NCBI GenBank assembly: GCA_038845265.1
Contig: JAWBQR010000003.1
Location: 64,001-128,000, forward strand
DNA from: Nitrososphaerota archaeon
GTDB taxonomy: Archaea; Thermoproteota; Nitrososphaeria_A; Caldarchaeales; Calditenuaceae
DNA: 64,000 bases
Direction: 5' to 3'
Each line of letters starts with the position of its first letter. Within the stretch, counting starts at the first letter, position 1. The notes under the pieces are model-generated. The model did no database searches and was not told where the DNA came from. It saw only the letters and a list, made by a program, of their open reading frames with translations. Made by a program: the position numbers and the translations under genes. This document shows, in pieces, positions 20,015 to 29,120 of this stretch.

Positions 20015-20440
20015 GTGGATATTAGGTCGAAGGAAAGCTACCTGATGATGCTTGACTATGTCTACTCGAGGCTGGGGAGCAGGGCTGGGAAGGGTGGAGA
20101 CAGGATGATAGAGCTGGTCCCGACAGTCCTCCACGAGCAGAAACAGACAATCATTACTAATTTTAGACAACTCGCCGAGTCCATGAATAGGGAGCCTGAG
20201 CATCTCGCAAGGTTCATCTTCAAGGAGACAGGAAGACCTGGAACAGTAGAGAAGGACAGGCTGATAATCAGCGGAAAGATGACAGACGCTGAGATCGTGA
20301 GGCTACTACAGCTCTACTTCAGAGAGTTCGTCAGATGCCCAGTCTGTGGAGGAGTAGACACAGAGATAACGAGCGAGAAGAGGTTCAGATTCCTAGTATG
20401 CGAGGTATGCGGGGCCAAAAGCTCAATAAGAAAAATCTAA
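20015..20440 (+). CDS. eif2b: Translation initiation factor aIF-2 beta subunit (start probably GTG 20015)
   Basis: TIITNF, NREPEHL, FVRCPVCGGVDT, CEVCGAK zinc finger. Confidence 0.92.
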   Translation: MDIRSKESYLMMLDYVYSRLGSRAGKGGDRMIELVPTVLHEQKQTIITNFRQLAESMNREPEHLARFIFKETGRPGTVEKDRLIISGKMTDAEIVRLLQLYFREFVRCPVCGGVDTEITSEKRFRFLVCEVCGAKSSIRKI

Positions 20441-21351
20441 ACCAAAAACACATCACTGGTACTAACACCGAACTGCAGTAACAATCGTTTACTATATCTA
20501 AAAATGTCCGGAATGCCATAATTACATTCAACATAAAACCCAGAAACTTCTTTCGGGTCTTTAAACCTCTCCCCCGTTGAGTGTGTAGGCTTATCATTTA
20601 CAAGATATCTTTTACTTCTTTGTCCTGCTCTTATGGGAATATTGCTGCTCGTTATTCTTTTAGTCTCGACCAGCCATTCAACAGTCCTTAATAATATGTC
20701 TCGCCATCGCTTAAGCATGTATCTTCTCCCATCGGGAAATACTATCTCGCTAAACTTCATCGGAGAGCCTTGCTTAGGCTTAATGCTACTTAGCGATACA
20801 CCTCTTTTTTCAGGTGGTTTTGGAATTACTTTTGTCTCCTGAATCGTTAGTGGTTTAGATGCCTCACTGACGAGGGGCGAGTACCTAAAGAGTATGAAGG
20901 CCTTTCTAAGGACTTCTCCCGGCTCGTCCTTAGTTATGTCCCATTCAGCAATCTTCTTCTCTGGTAGCGGCTTGAGCGCATAAGTATCATAGACCTCCCA
21001 CTTGGCGCCATCAGTCGCGATAAAGTATTTCACACCCTCAGCGACGCAGTAGGAGATGTATTGCTGAAGGTCTTCCTGTTTTCCGAGACTCTTCGCCCCT
21101 ATGAAAACGAGCGGCCTCTCACCGCCATGCAACAGTGCGTAATCCGGGCGTCCAGCCTGAGTAGAGAACTCAGGCCTCACCTGCTCTGGGTCTTCTAAGT
21201 CCCAGCCCAATAGCCTAAGGAAAGGGTCAATAAGGACATAACGAGTCAATAACTCATTTTTCGCCAACTGATCCCTATATCTATCCACTCGCCTCTGCAA
21301 CTCGGCAATTTTATCAATTAATGTCTGAAACAACTCAAAGATAATAGCCAT
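20437..21351 (-). CDS. Type I restriction enzyme HsdR N-terminal-like PD-(D/E)XK domain protein with a second C-terminal domain; catalytic Glu appears replaced
   Basis: NELLTRYVLIDPFLRLLGWD, VRPEF, RPDYAL, FIGAK (expected IEAK), QYISY, IATDGAKW. Confidence 0.75.
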   Translation of the reverse strand: MAIIFELFQTLIDKIAELQRRVDRYRDQLAKNELLTRYVLIDPFLRLLGWDLEDPEQVRPEFSTQAGRPDYALLHGGERPLVFIGAKSLGKQEDLQQYISYCVAEGVKYFIATDGAKWEVYDTYALKPLPEKKIAEWDITKDEPGEVLRKAFILFRYSPLVSEASKPLTIQETKVIPKPPEKRGVSLSSIKPKQGSPMKFSEIVFPDGRRYMLKRWRDILLRTVEWLVETKRITSSNIPIRAGQRSKRYLVNDKPTHSTGERFKDPKEVSGFYVECNYGIPDIFRYSKRLLLQFGVSTSDVFLV

Positions 21352-21398
21352 ATAAACTATAAAAATTTTATCTAAATCATCAATGAAATAAAGACAAT

Positions 21399-22625
21399 TT
21401 ATTGACAGGCTGTTTCATAGAAGTATGGTATCGAAGATATTGTAGGCCTATCGATTAAATAATCACATGCATCAAACGAGTAACCAGACTGGAAAAGCCT
21501 AATAGTTCTCAACAGATAGAGAACAAATTGTATTAGGAATGAAAAGATAACAAAGTTACACAGATACTTATTCTTTGATCTTAATTCTTTTAATCCCTGA
21601 CCAACCATGTATGGCATTACTGGCAATAAATATGCTGTATGCCTAAAGAAGTCAATGTCACCTTTCAAAAATAAAAGTCCTACTGCAATAAATAATCCCA
21701 GAATAAACTGATACTTAACCGTGCTGTCCAGCGAATTAAAACGCTTAAGTACAAAAAATATCGGTAACAATATTGCAAACGCAATTAGATTTATTGCCAC
21801 TCTGAGAATAATCGTAATCTCGTTTGTAGCAATTACTGGTAATTTTACAAATGATAGATAAGAAGCGACATCATGAGCAGTAATCTCCCATGGGAGTATA
21901 GATGATAATACTGTCATGACTGCTCTATAACTTTCAATTGGCGTAGGAATGTGGGGCTGAAAATCAGAATAAGAATTACCTTCACTCATTGCAATATATG
22001 AATAATAAGTTAGTAATCCAATTATCCATCCACAAAACATTAACAATGTTGCCATTCTCAGCGACCTATCACCTTTGATATGATGTAAAACGATGAGGGT
22101 GGTAACGAGTAAGGGGAGGAAAACAAAAGCCGTCTCTCTGGTGAGGACCATTAAAAGAGGCAACAAAAGTAACAAGATATTCATAGATTTATTTCTATTC
22201 CTAAAAAGAATCAATAATAATGCCGTATTTAATAATGCAGTAAGAGCATCAACATAGGTACGTGAAAACAACAAATAAATCGGGGGCCATAATAAACCAA
22301 CTAAACCAATCCGAGAAACAGTGTCTCGAATCATATGTACTTGAAGAAAAATGAAAATAATTAGTAAGCATGCAAGAATGACTTTATAGTAATTCCCTGT
22401 TATAGCTAACAAAAAATAATATAACGGAGCCCTTACGCATAAAGACATAGAATCTTTGGTACAGACTGGGTCGTAAGCAAAGCCAGTCTTCCGCATAACC
22501 TTACTCGTCCAATAAACAACAGCTGGGTCACCATATAGAGGAGAAACAAAAATCAGAAATATAACACTGATAATGTAAGTAAATAATGTGAATACTTGAT
22601 AAATATTATCGTGGCTAAGCCGCAC
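21399..22625 (-). CDS. Polytopic membrane protein, possibly GT-C fold glycosyltransferase
   Basis: About 10-11 TM; GDP in first loop, RAPLY, SRTYVD, TRE, FFRH..YLLP motifs typical of ArnT/PMT-like proteins; visibly AT-rich. Confidence 0.5.
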   Translation of the reverse strand: MRLSHDNIYQVFTLFTYIISVIFLIFVSPLYGDPAVVYWTSKVMRKTGFAYDPVCTKDSMSLCVRAPLYYFLLAITGNYYKVILACLLIIFIFLQVHMIRDTVSRIGLVGLLWPPIYLLFSRTYVDALTALLNTALLLILFRNRNKSMNILLLLLPLLMVLTRETAFVFLPLLVTTLIVLHHIKGDRSLRMATLLMFCGWIIGLLTYYSYIAMSEGNSYSDFQPHIPTPIESYRAVMTVLSSILPWEITAHDVASYLSFVKLPVIATNEITIILRVAINLIAFAILLPIFFVLKRFNSLDSTVKYQFILGLFIAVGLLFLKGDIDFFRHTAYLLPVMPYMVGQGLKELRSKNKYLCNFVIFSFLIQFVLYLLRTIRLFQSGYSFDACDYLIDRPTISSIPYFYETACQ

Positions 22626-22698
22626 GTAGTTTATCGTATCTATTCGATTTTTAAACTTTAATCATGCAGAAAGTGTTTGATTATCCAAAAAGTTAGAC

Positions 22699-23121
22699 TT
22701 ACTTTATTTTTTCTAGTATTATGGCTGGGCAGACCCTTGTGACGCCGTCTAGTTTGTTTATTTTTTTTACAAATTCTGATAGTTCCTGCGAATCCTTAAA
22801 CCAGCACTCAGCAAGCATCATGTGGTCGCCCGTTGAAGTATACAGGTTGATAACCTCCTCTATTTTCTTCAGTTCATCTACTATGTAGAGAAATTTCTCC
22901 GGAGACGCATCAATCCCTATGAGGACATGAACATTATATCCAAGCTTACGCAAATCAACCACCACTGTATACTTCTTTATCACGCCTTCCTCCTCGAGTT
23001 TTCTAATCCTCTTCCTGACAGCCGCCTCAGAAACTCCAAAAACTCCTGCTAACTCTGTGTATGACCTTCTGGCGTCCTCTCTCAGTAGCTTTATTAAGTC
23101 ATGGTTCGTTATTCGAACCAT
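22699..23121 (-). CDS. Lrp/AsnC family transcriptional regulator (LrpA/Ptr-like)
   Basis: [53 protein letters not shown]. Confidence 0.93.
   Translation of the reverse strand: MVRITNHDLIKLLREDARRSYTELAGVFGVSEAAVRKRIRKLEEEGVIKKYTVVVDLRKLGYNVHVLIGIDASPEKFLYIVDELKKIEEVINLYTSTGDHMMLAECWFKDSQELSEFVKKINKLDGVTRVCPAIILEKIK
23101..23121. promoter_or_regulatory. Inverted repeat ATGGTTCG-TTATT-CGAACCAT, candidate Lrp binding site
   Basis: 8-bp arms, 5-bp AT spacer; covers the Lrp start codon and lies just upstream of the AT-rich TATA-like element (about 23140-23150) of the divergent peroxiredoxin. Confidence 0.55.
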
Positions 23122-23175
23122 AAAACATTAATAATCGTCTTATTTAATAAATATTACGAACAGGTGAAGAAAAAA

Positions 23176-23844
23176 ATGGGAACCAATGTTGAGGTTGGAA
23201 AGCTTCCACTAATCGGCGATAAGATGCCGAGCTTTAAGGCAAGAACAACCAAGGGAGTGATCAATTTCCCAGAAGACTTAAAGGGAAAATGGATAGTACT
23301 GTTCTCTCATCCAGGAGACTTTACGCCCGTATGCACGACGGAGTTCCATGCCTTCCAGAAGAGATATAACGAGTTCAAACAGCTAAACTGCGAGCTCGTC
23401 GGCCTAAGCATCGACCAAGTATTCAGCCATATACAATGGGTCAGATGGATAAAGGAAAATCTGAATACCACTATTGAGTTCCCCATTATTGCTGATAGTG
23501 CTGGACAAATCGCATCCATGCTCGGAATGATACATCCAAAGAAGGGAACAAACACTGTGAGGGCAGTCTTCATAATAGACCCAGAAGGAGTAGTCAGAGC
23601 AATCTTCTACTACCCACAAGAACTCGGAAGAAACATCGACGAGATACTCAGAGCCGTCAGAGGCCTACAAGTTGCTGACAAATCCAAGGCCGCCCTACCT
23701 GCAAACTGGCCCAATAATGAAATCATAGGAGATAAAGTAATCGTGCCACCCGCAACAGACGAAGCAACCGCAGAAGAACGCCTAAAACAATACAAGGGAT
23801 TCGACTGGTGGTTCGTCTACAAAGAACCAAGCCCAACCACCTAA
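23176..23844 (+). CDS. Peroxiredoxin (Prx6/archaeal TPx type); start ATG 23176 after AGGTGA
   Basis: [50 protein letters not shown]. Confidence 0.95.
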   Translation: MGTNVEVGKLPLIGDKMPSFKARTTKGVINFPEDLKGKWIVLFSHPGDFTPVCTTEFHAFQKRYNEFKQLNCELVGLSIDQVFSHIQWVRWIKENLNTTIEFPIIADSAGQIASMLGMIHPKKGTNTVRAVFIIDPEGVVRAIFYYPQELGRNIDEILRAVRGLQVADKSKAALPANWPNNEIIGDKVIVPPATDEATAEERLKQYKGFDWWFVYKEPSPTT

Positions 23845-24113
23845 AAATAAAACCTAATCAAAATTTTTTATGCTATCTAACCATCAAATAACATAATATA
23901 CTAAACAACCCCTACCATAACCAAATACATCCCACAAATAATAAATAATTAATTATATCACAGATTTAATATCATTCCTCAACATATAATATCAATGGAG
24001 GAGCACAAATGAAGGACAAATCAAACAAAAAATAATAAGAAAACAACTACAACTCCACAGGTCAAAATACTACACACACCACTACTAGCAAATACATAAA
24101 CAAAACCAAGAAC

Positions 24114-24151
24114 TGTTAAGCAATTTTTGACAAAAAACCCGCCGCTTAACA
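24114..24151. terminator. Inverted repeat (TGTTAAGC...GCTTAACA) with internal T/A tracts just downstream of rpl2
   Basis: 8-bp arms; TTTTTT run on the minus strand within about 25 nt of the rpl2 stop. Confidence 0.4.
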
Positions 24152-24161
24152 ACCAAACAAT

Positions 24162-24881
24162 TCAGCGCTTCCTACGACCAGTCCGACGAGCAGCAATAAG
24201 CCCAACCTTCTGACCAGGCGGAGCCGTACGCTTCACCGGCTCAGGACGACCAATCCTCTTATGACTACCCCCACCAAACGGATGCCTCGCAGGAACCATC
24301 GCAACACCCCTAACACGCGGATAAGGACGATGACGAGCCCTCATCAAATGATACCTCTTACCAGCCTTCAACATCGGCTTATCAGTACGACCACCACCAG
24401 CCACAATACCCACGACAGCCAACGCCTTACTACTAACCTCGGCAAGCTTCTTCGACGGAAGCTCAATAATCGTCCTATCACCAAGCTGAGAGACAACAGA
24501 GGCATAAGCACCCGAAGACCTCACAAGCTTACCACCATCACCAGGAGAATGCTCAATACAAGAGACAAGACCACCCTCAGGAACCTTACCAATCGGCACA
24601 ATGTTCCCAGTAGCAACGCTAGCATCAGCACCAGCCTCAATCACCTGACCAACATACAGCCCCTGAACAGCCGGAAGATAAAACACATGACCATCCATCT
24701 CCACCTCAGCCACAGGAACACCACGACCAGCATCATGAACAATGTCCCTCACAACCCCCCTCAACAAACCAGCAGAACCAATAACACTCGAAGGATAACC
24801 AACCGCATACCTCCTCTGAATACTACCGACATAAGTCGGCGAACCCCTACCAATCCTCTGAGCCCTAATCCTACGCGGCAA
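24162..24881 (-). CDS. rpl2: 50S ribosomal protein uL2
   Basis: RIRAQRIGRG, HDAGRG, GDGGKLVRSSG, GGGRTDKP, VRGVAM, HPFGGG, GLIAARRTG. Confidence 0.96.
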   Translation of the reverse strand: MPRRIRAQRIGRGSPTYVGSIQRRYAVGYPSSVIGSAGLLRGVVRDIVHDAGRGVPVAEVEMDGHVFYLPAVQGLYVGQVIEAGADASVATGNIVPIGKVPEGGLVSCIEHSPGDGGKLVRSSGAYASVVSQLGDRTIIELPSKKLAEVSSKALAVVGIVAGGGRTDKPMLKAGKRYHLMRARHRPYPRVRGVAMVPARHPFGGGSHKRIGRPEPVKRTAPPGQKVGLIAARRTGRRKR

Positions 24882-24893
24882 ACACCACCACCC

Positions 24894-25160
24894 CTAAAAC
24901 ACACCAAGCCTCACAGCAAGATCCGAAGCCCTATACTCAGGCCTAAGCTTCACATACGCCTTCTTCACACCCCTCGGCGTAATCAACGTATTAACCTTCT
25001 CAACCCTAACACCATAAAGACTCTCAACCGCACGCTTCACATCACTCTTCGAAGCCCCCAAAGAAACAATAAAAGTCAACTTATTCTCCCGCTCAATCAA
25101 CGAAACCGCATCCTGCGTAATCACAACACCCAAAATAACCTCCTCAGGCCTCAACGCCAA
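24894..25160 (-). CDS. rpl23: 50S ribosomal protein uL23 (start TTG about 25160/25154)
   Basis: [39 protein letters not shown]. Confidence 0.93.
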   Translation of the reverse strand: MALRPEEVILGVVITQDAVSLIERENKLTFIVSLGASKSDVKRAVESLYGVRVEKVNTLITPRGVKKAYVKLRPEYRASDLAVRLGVF

Positions 25161-25965
25161 AGACACCCCCAAGAACACCAAGAGCAGAAGAAGAAAAAAC
25201 CACAAGCCTACCAGGATGACCTCCAGGCGCCAAATGAAGAACACTCAAATCCCTCACATCAACAACCTCAACGCCGGGAACACTCCCAGCAGCCCTAGAT
25301 ATGCCCTCATCACGAGAAACAACAATTAGAGGACCAACACGACGCTTATACCTCCTTCCCCTCCGCTTGCCCTTACCAGACCTCACCTTCCTCTCCCTGC
25401 ACCTCTCCAACTCTTCTCCAAGCCCAAGACGCACCAAGAAGTCGACCAAGTCCTTCGCCCTCGAGACACGCTCAATCTCATCCACAACAACGATCGGAAC
25501 ATCCAGGCCATCCGGGACTCGATGCCCCCTCTTCCTAACCCATTCAAGATTAGCAGTAAATGCAAGCGCAGAAAAAAGCGCCGACCTCCTCTCCTTATCA
25601 TTCACATCCTTATGAATCCGCTTCTCAGGAACAGGAGGATGCGTCGGCCTCCCACCGACCGCAGTAGGGACAAACCCACCCGCATTACTCTTACCCGTAC
25701 CAGTCACCCTCAGCCTAGAAATCCTCGCCAAGCCATAACCAGCACCAAGAGACTCAACAGAATACTTATGCCCAGAACCCCTCCACGCACCTTTAGGCTG
25801 AACCCGATGAGAAAAGAGAGCATTAAAGACCCTCTGCACAAGCAATGGCCTAAGAGGAGCATTAAAGACCCGGGGAAGAATCGTCCTGCCCTTCTCCACC
25901 CCATCTAAGCCGTAGACCCTGACCTCTCTCGGCTCAGAGACGCTGATACGCGTTAAGATACTCAT
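25144..25965 (-). CDS. rpl4: 50S ribosomal protein uL4
   Basis: [47 protein letters not shown]. Confidence 0.95.
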   Translation of the reverse strand: MSILTRISVSEPREVRVYGLDGVEKGRTILPRVFNAPLRPLLVQRVFNALFSHRVQPKGAWRGSGHKYSVESLGAGYGLARISRLRVTGTGKSNAGGFVPTAVGGRPTHPPVPEKRIHKDVNDKERRSALFSALAFTANLEWVRKRGHRVPDGLDVPIVVVDEIERVSRAKDLVDFLVRLGLGEELERCRERKVRSGKGKRRGRRYKRRVGPLIVVSRDEGISRAAGSVPGVEVVDVRDLSVLHLAPGGHPGRLVVFSSSALGVLGGVFGVEA

Positions 25966-26960
25966 GATGCAAGCACCTCTCCTCCATAAATGTACGAGAC
26001 GATCTTTGGCGGACTCACCGAATGGCTGGGTGGCTTCGCAGGCATCCTGAGCACAACCGGTCTCTTAGGAGTGCCGAAAACTGATCCAAGTACCACGATG
26101 CATGGGGACTTCAGAACTGTGAAGTGCTTGAACCCGCCGCTCGGAGTCAGCTTGGCGCCGTCGTCAATCACGGCCATCACTCTTTTGTTGAACTCTGTTC
26201 TCCTATGATAACCCATCTGCCCAGCACGGGGGACAAATCTGGTGACATAAGTAGGTTTCCGCCCACCGATTGCGCCGACCGCTCTACGAGTCTTTCTCTG
26301 CTTTCTTGGGAGAATCTTAACGCCAAATCTCTTTACAACGCCCTCGAATCCATGTCCCTTTGTGACGCCTATGACGTCTACGTATAATCCAGGAGTAAAC
26401 ACTTCTGAGGCACTTATCTTACTCCCAAGCTTAGACATAACGTATTCAAGGGCTGAACGTACCTCTCCACCGACCTTGATTTCAAGGAGGAATGGGCGTT
26501 TCTGTGATAAGCCCGCCTCGCTTGGGAATGATGCGACAATTGCTCTTACCTCTACTGCCTTGTCAAGTAGGCTTTTAATCTCTTCTTTACCAGCGCCGGG
26601 AGATATGCCCCTGACTTTCTTGAGTAATGCTTCTGGCAGATTATCTGCATACATTCTTCCAAGCTCGATTAGATTGCCGTTTTCCTCGCCCATTAAGACC
26701 ACGCCTATGATGTACATTGGTGGTGCAGCCAAGACAGTCGCAGCCGTCTGCACCTCAGTTCCGAATGTAGGAGAGCCTGGCAGATCATCTACATAATGCA
26801 AAGTTAACGTACCTGCTTTATATGCAATGAATCCCATTAGCCCCTTTACACCATCTCTACTTGGCCAGTACCTTACGCTTGGAAGCAGTTCTTTAGCCCT
26901 CTTCCTCGGGCTATATGCTAATGACCCATGCCTCGGTGCCGAGTATTTCCTATGTCCCAT
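25962..26960 (-). CDS. rpl3: 50S ribosomal protein uL3
   Basis: MGHRKYSAPRHGSLAYSPRKRA, YKAG, DVIGVTKGHGFEGVVKRFG, AGQMGYHRRTEFNK. Confidence 0.96.
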   Translation of the reverse strand: MGHRKYSAPRHGSLAYSPRKRAKELLPSVRYWPSRDGVKGLMGFIAYKAGTLTLHYVDDLPGSPTFGTEVQTAATVLAAPPMYIIGVVLMGEENGNLIELGRMYADNLPEALLKKVRGISPGAGKEEIKSLLDKAVEVRAIVASFPSEAGLSQKRPFLLEIKVGGEVRSALEYVMSKLGSKISASEVFTPGLYVDVIGVTKGHGFEGVVKRFGVKILPRKQRKTRRAVGAIGGRKPTYVTRFVPRAGQMGYHRRTEFNKRVMAVIDDGAKLTPSGGFKHFTVLKSPCIVVLGSVFGTPKRPVVLRMPAKPPSHSVSPPKIVSYIYGGEVLAS

Positions 26961-27169
26961 CCAGCATCACTATGATTAGCTGAGAGCAAAAGTTCTTTCA
27001 AAGTTATAAACCTAATCTATAGTGATGACTGGGACGAATAGTGAGGATTAGTGAGCTATGCCTGGTTTTTATTTGTGTAATTATTTAGTGTGAATAGTTT
27101 CTCTTTCTTATAAGTCTTTTTGTTGAGAAAACTAAATTAGCAGAGCAAGAGATGAATAATTTTGGTTAG

Positions 27170-27457
27170 ATGTCTGAGCAGACTCAAAGGACCACCATCG
27201 TCAGATTAGTATTAGATGTATTAAAGCCCCATAATCCAAACATTATTGATTTCAGTAGAAGTATTGCCCAAATCAGAGGAATAAGAAGAGTAGATGCATC
27301 GGTTATAGAGGTTGATGTGGAGACGGAGACAATTAAATTGATAATAGAAGGAAGTGAATTAGATGTCTCAAAAATCGAGGAGGTAATTAAAAAATTGGGA
27401 GCAGCAATTCATAGCATAGATGCTGTAGTAATAGAGAAATCTGATGTAAAGAAATGA
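27170..27457 (+). CDS. DUF211 family protein
   Basis: RLVLDVLKPH.P, EVDVETE, GAAIHSIDAV. Confidence 0.88.
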   Translation: MSEQTQRTTIVRLVLDVLKPHNPNIIDFSRSIAQIRGIRRVDASVIEVDVETETIKLIIEGSELDVSKIEEVIKKLGAAIHSIDAVVIEKSDVKK

Positions 27458-27471
27458 TGTGGATACTTTAA

Positions 27472-28074
27472 ATGTTGTTAGAGAAACTTGTTCGTCGCAT
27501 CAGGTTGATAATGAGTCTGACGGAAACAAGTGGAATAGCTAGACGTTACTTTGCACTTAATGCTTTCGATGGCGCGCTGATCGGACTGGGCGCAATCTTT
27601 GGTTTTTATATTTCGGGGATGTATGACTACAGAGTAGTCCTTTTGACAATAATGGCGATAGCTGTTGGGTCGGCAATCTCTGGTTTTTCCGGTGCCTTTA
27701 TATCAGAAAAACTTGAGCAAGAGGCTAGGGTAAAGCGACTTGAGGAGGCCATTCTTACTAATCTTAAGGATAGCATTCATTACCAAGCAAGTTTAACAAG
27801 TTCTATTATAGTTTCCATAATTAATGGTGTTAGTTCATTGATTTCTATTTTTAGTGTCTCTGCTCCATATGTTATTTGTATCTACTTATCACTAAGTGAG
27901 GTTGTTGGAATATTAAGCTCCATAACGGCATTTTTTGCCGTGCTAACCATATTGGGATATTTTTTCGGAAGAGAACTGAAGATAAGGACGATAAGTGTTG
28001 TTTCAAGAATTTTATTAGTTGGAATAGTAGCAATAGTTATTTACTTTTTAATTGAGTTAGTATTTCGGCTTTAG
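27472..28074 (+). CDS. VIT1/CCC1-like (TIGR00267-type) membrane protein
   Basis: IARRYFALNAFDG, SGFSGAFISE, LEEAIL; usual neighbour of DUF211. Confidence 0.8.
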   Translation: MLLEKLVRRIRLIMSLTETSGIARRYFALNAFDGALIGLGAIFGFYISGMYDYRVVLLTIMAIAVGSAISGFSGAFISEKLEQEARVKRLEEAILTNLKDSIHYQASLTSSIIVSIINGVSSLISIFSVSAPYVICIYLSLSEVVGILSSITAFFAVLTILGYFFGRELKIRTISVVSRILLVGIVAIVIYFLIELVFRL

Positions 28075-29088
28075 GCTCAATAATTCTTCTGGCCGATGTA
28101 TTCCCACTTCCGTTATTATTCTTGTAATGAGTTCGGGTGGAGTTATGTCGAATGCATAATTTATAGCTCTTGCCTTTCGTGGTGTTATTCTTTTTCCAGC
28201 AAAATATAAAACTTCATTTGGATTACGTTCTTCTATGATGACCTCATCTATGGTTTTATCAAAATCTATTGTACTTGTTGGGGCTGCTACGTAGAGTGGG
28301 ATTTTGTAGTAGTTAGCGGATATTGCTAATTCTAATGTACCTACCTTGTTTATAACGTGTCCTGTCTTAGCAATAATTCTGTCTGCTCCTACGACTATGC
28401 AGTTCACAAGGCCTCTACTCATAAGAAATGGCGCCATGTTATCTGTTATGACCCTATATTCTATTTTGGCGGTTTCTAGCTCATATGCAGTCAGACGCGC
28501 ACCCTGCAGCTTAGGCCTAGTCTCCGGCACGATGACTGATATTTTCTTTCCCATCTCTACTGCTGCTTTTATCACGCCCAATGCTGTCCCGTACCCAGCA
28601 GTTGCTAGAGCACCTGCATTGCAGTAGGTCATGACCACCCCCCTATCAGGTAAAAGCCTAGCCCCGTTCTGACCAATTTTTCGATTCATCTCAACATCCT
28701 CCATAGATATTTTTTCCGCCTCCAACAATACTGTTTTAGCTACATCATCGTTCTTTATCCATGCTGATTCCGCGGCTTTGAGCACTCTATCAATGGCCCA
28801 ATATAGATTAACCGCTGTGGGTCTTGTCTTTCTTAAAATATTCGCTGCCTTTTGGAGTGATTTGAGTACGTCTTTCTTATTTTTTCTAGCATGGACTGCT
28901 GCAAGGGCTAATCCATATGCAGCGGCTACTCCAATCGCTGGAGCACCTCTCACCGTCATGTCTCTTATGGCCTTTGCGACTTCAAGATAATTTTTACATC
29001 TCACATATCTCAGCTTATGCGGAAGTACCTTTTGATCTATTAGGTATAGTGAGTTATTCCGCCAGTATAAGGTTCTTAGCTCTCTCAA
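28057..29088 (-). CDS. mtnA: Methylthioribose-1-phosphate isomerase
   Basis: DQKVLP, MTVRGAPAIG, RPTAVNL, TYCNAGALATAGYGTALG, ETRPKLQGARLT, VGADRI, FDITP. Confidence 0.92.
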   Translation of the reverse strand: MRELRTLYWRNNSLYLIDQKVLPHKLRYVRCKNYLEVAKAIRDMTVRGAPAIGVAAAYGLALAAVHARKNKKDVLKSLQKAANILRKTRPTAVNLYWAIDRVLKAAESAWIKNDDVAKTVLLEAEKISMEDVEMNRKIGQNGARLLPDRGVVMTYCNAGALATAGYGTALGVIKAAVEMGKKISVIVPETRPKLQGARLTAYELETAKIEYRVITDNMAPFLMSRGLVNCIVVGADRIIAKTGHVINKVGTLELAISANYYKIPLYVAAPTSTIDFDKTIDEVIIEERNPNEVLYFAGKRITPRKARAINYAFDITPPELITRIITEVGIHRPEELLSLKPKY

Positions 29089-29120
29089 TTCAATTATGTG
29101 TTTAATGAGCGAAATTTAAG

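Noticed and set aside
23997-24035. GGAGGAG followed by ATG in the prx-rpl2 intergenic region
   Set aside because: The frame closes after 8 codons (MKDKSNKK); no evidence of coding
24261-25298. 345-aa + strand ORF rich in T/N/H/P/R
   Set aside because: Antisense shadow of rpl2/rpl23/rpl4; the lack of stops follows from the C/A-rich strand bias
27021-27066. GTGATGA (C-box-like) in the rpl3/DUF211 intergenic region
   Set aside because: No properly placed CTGA D box, so a C/D sRNA cannot be supported
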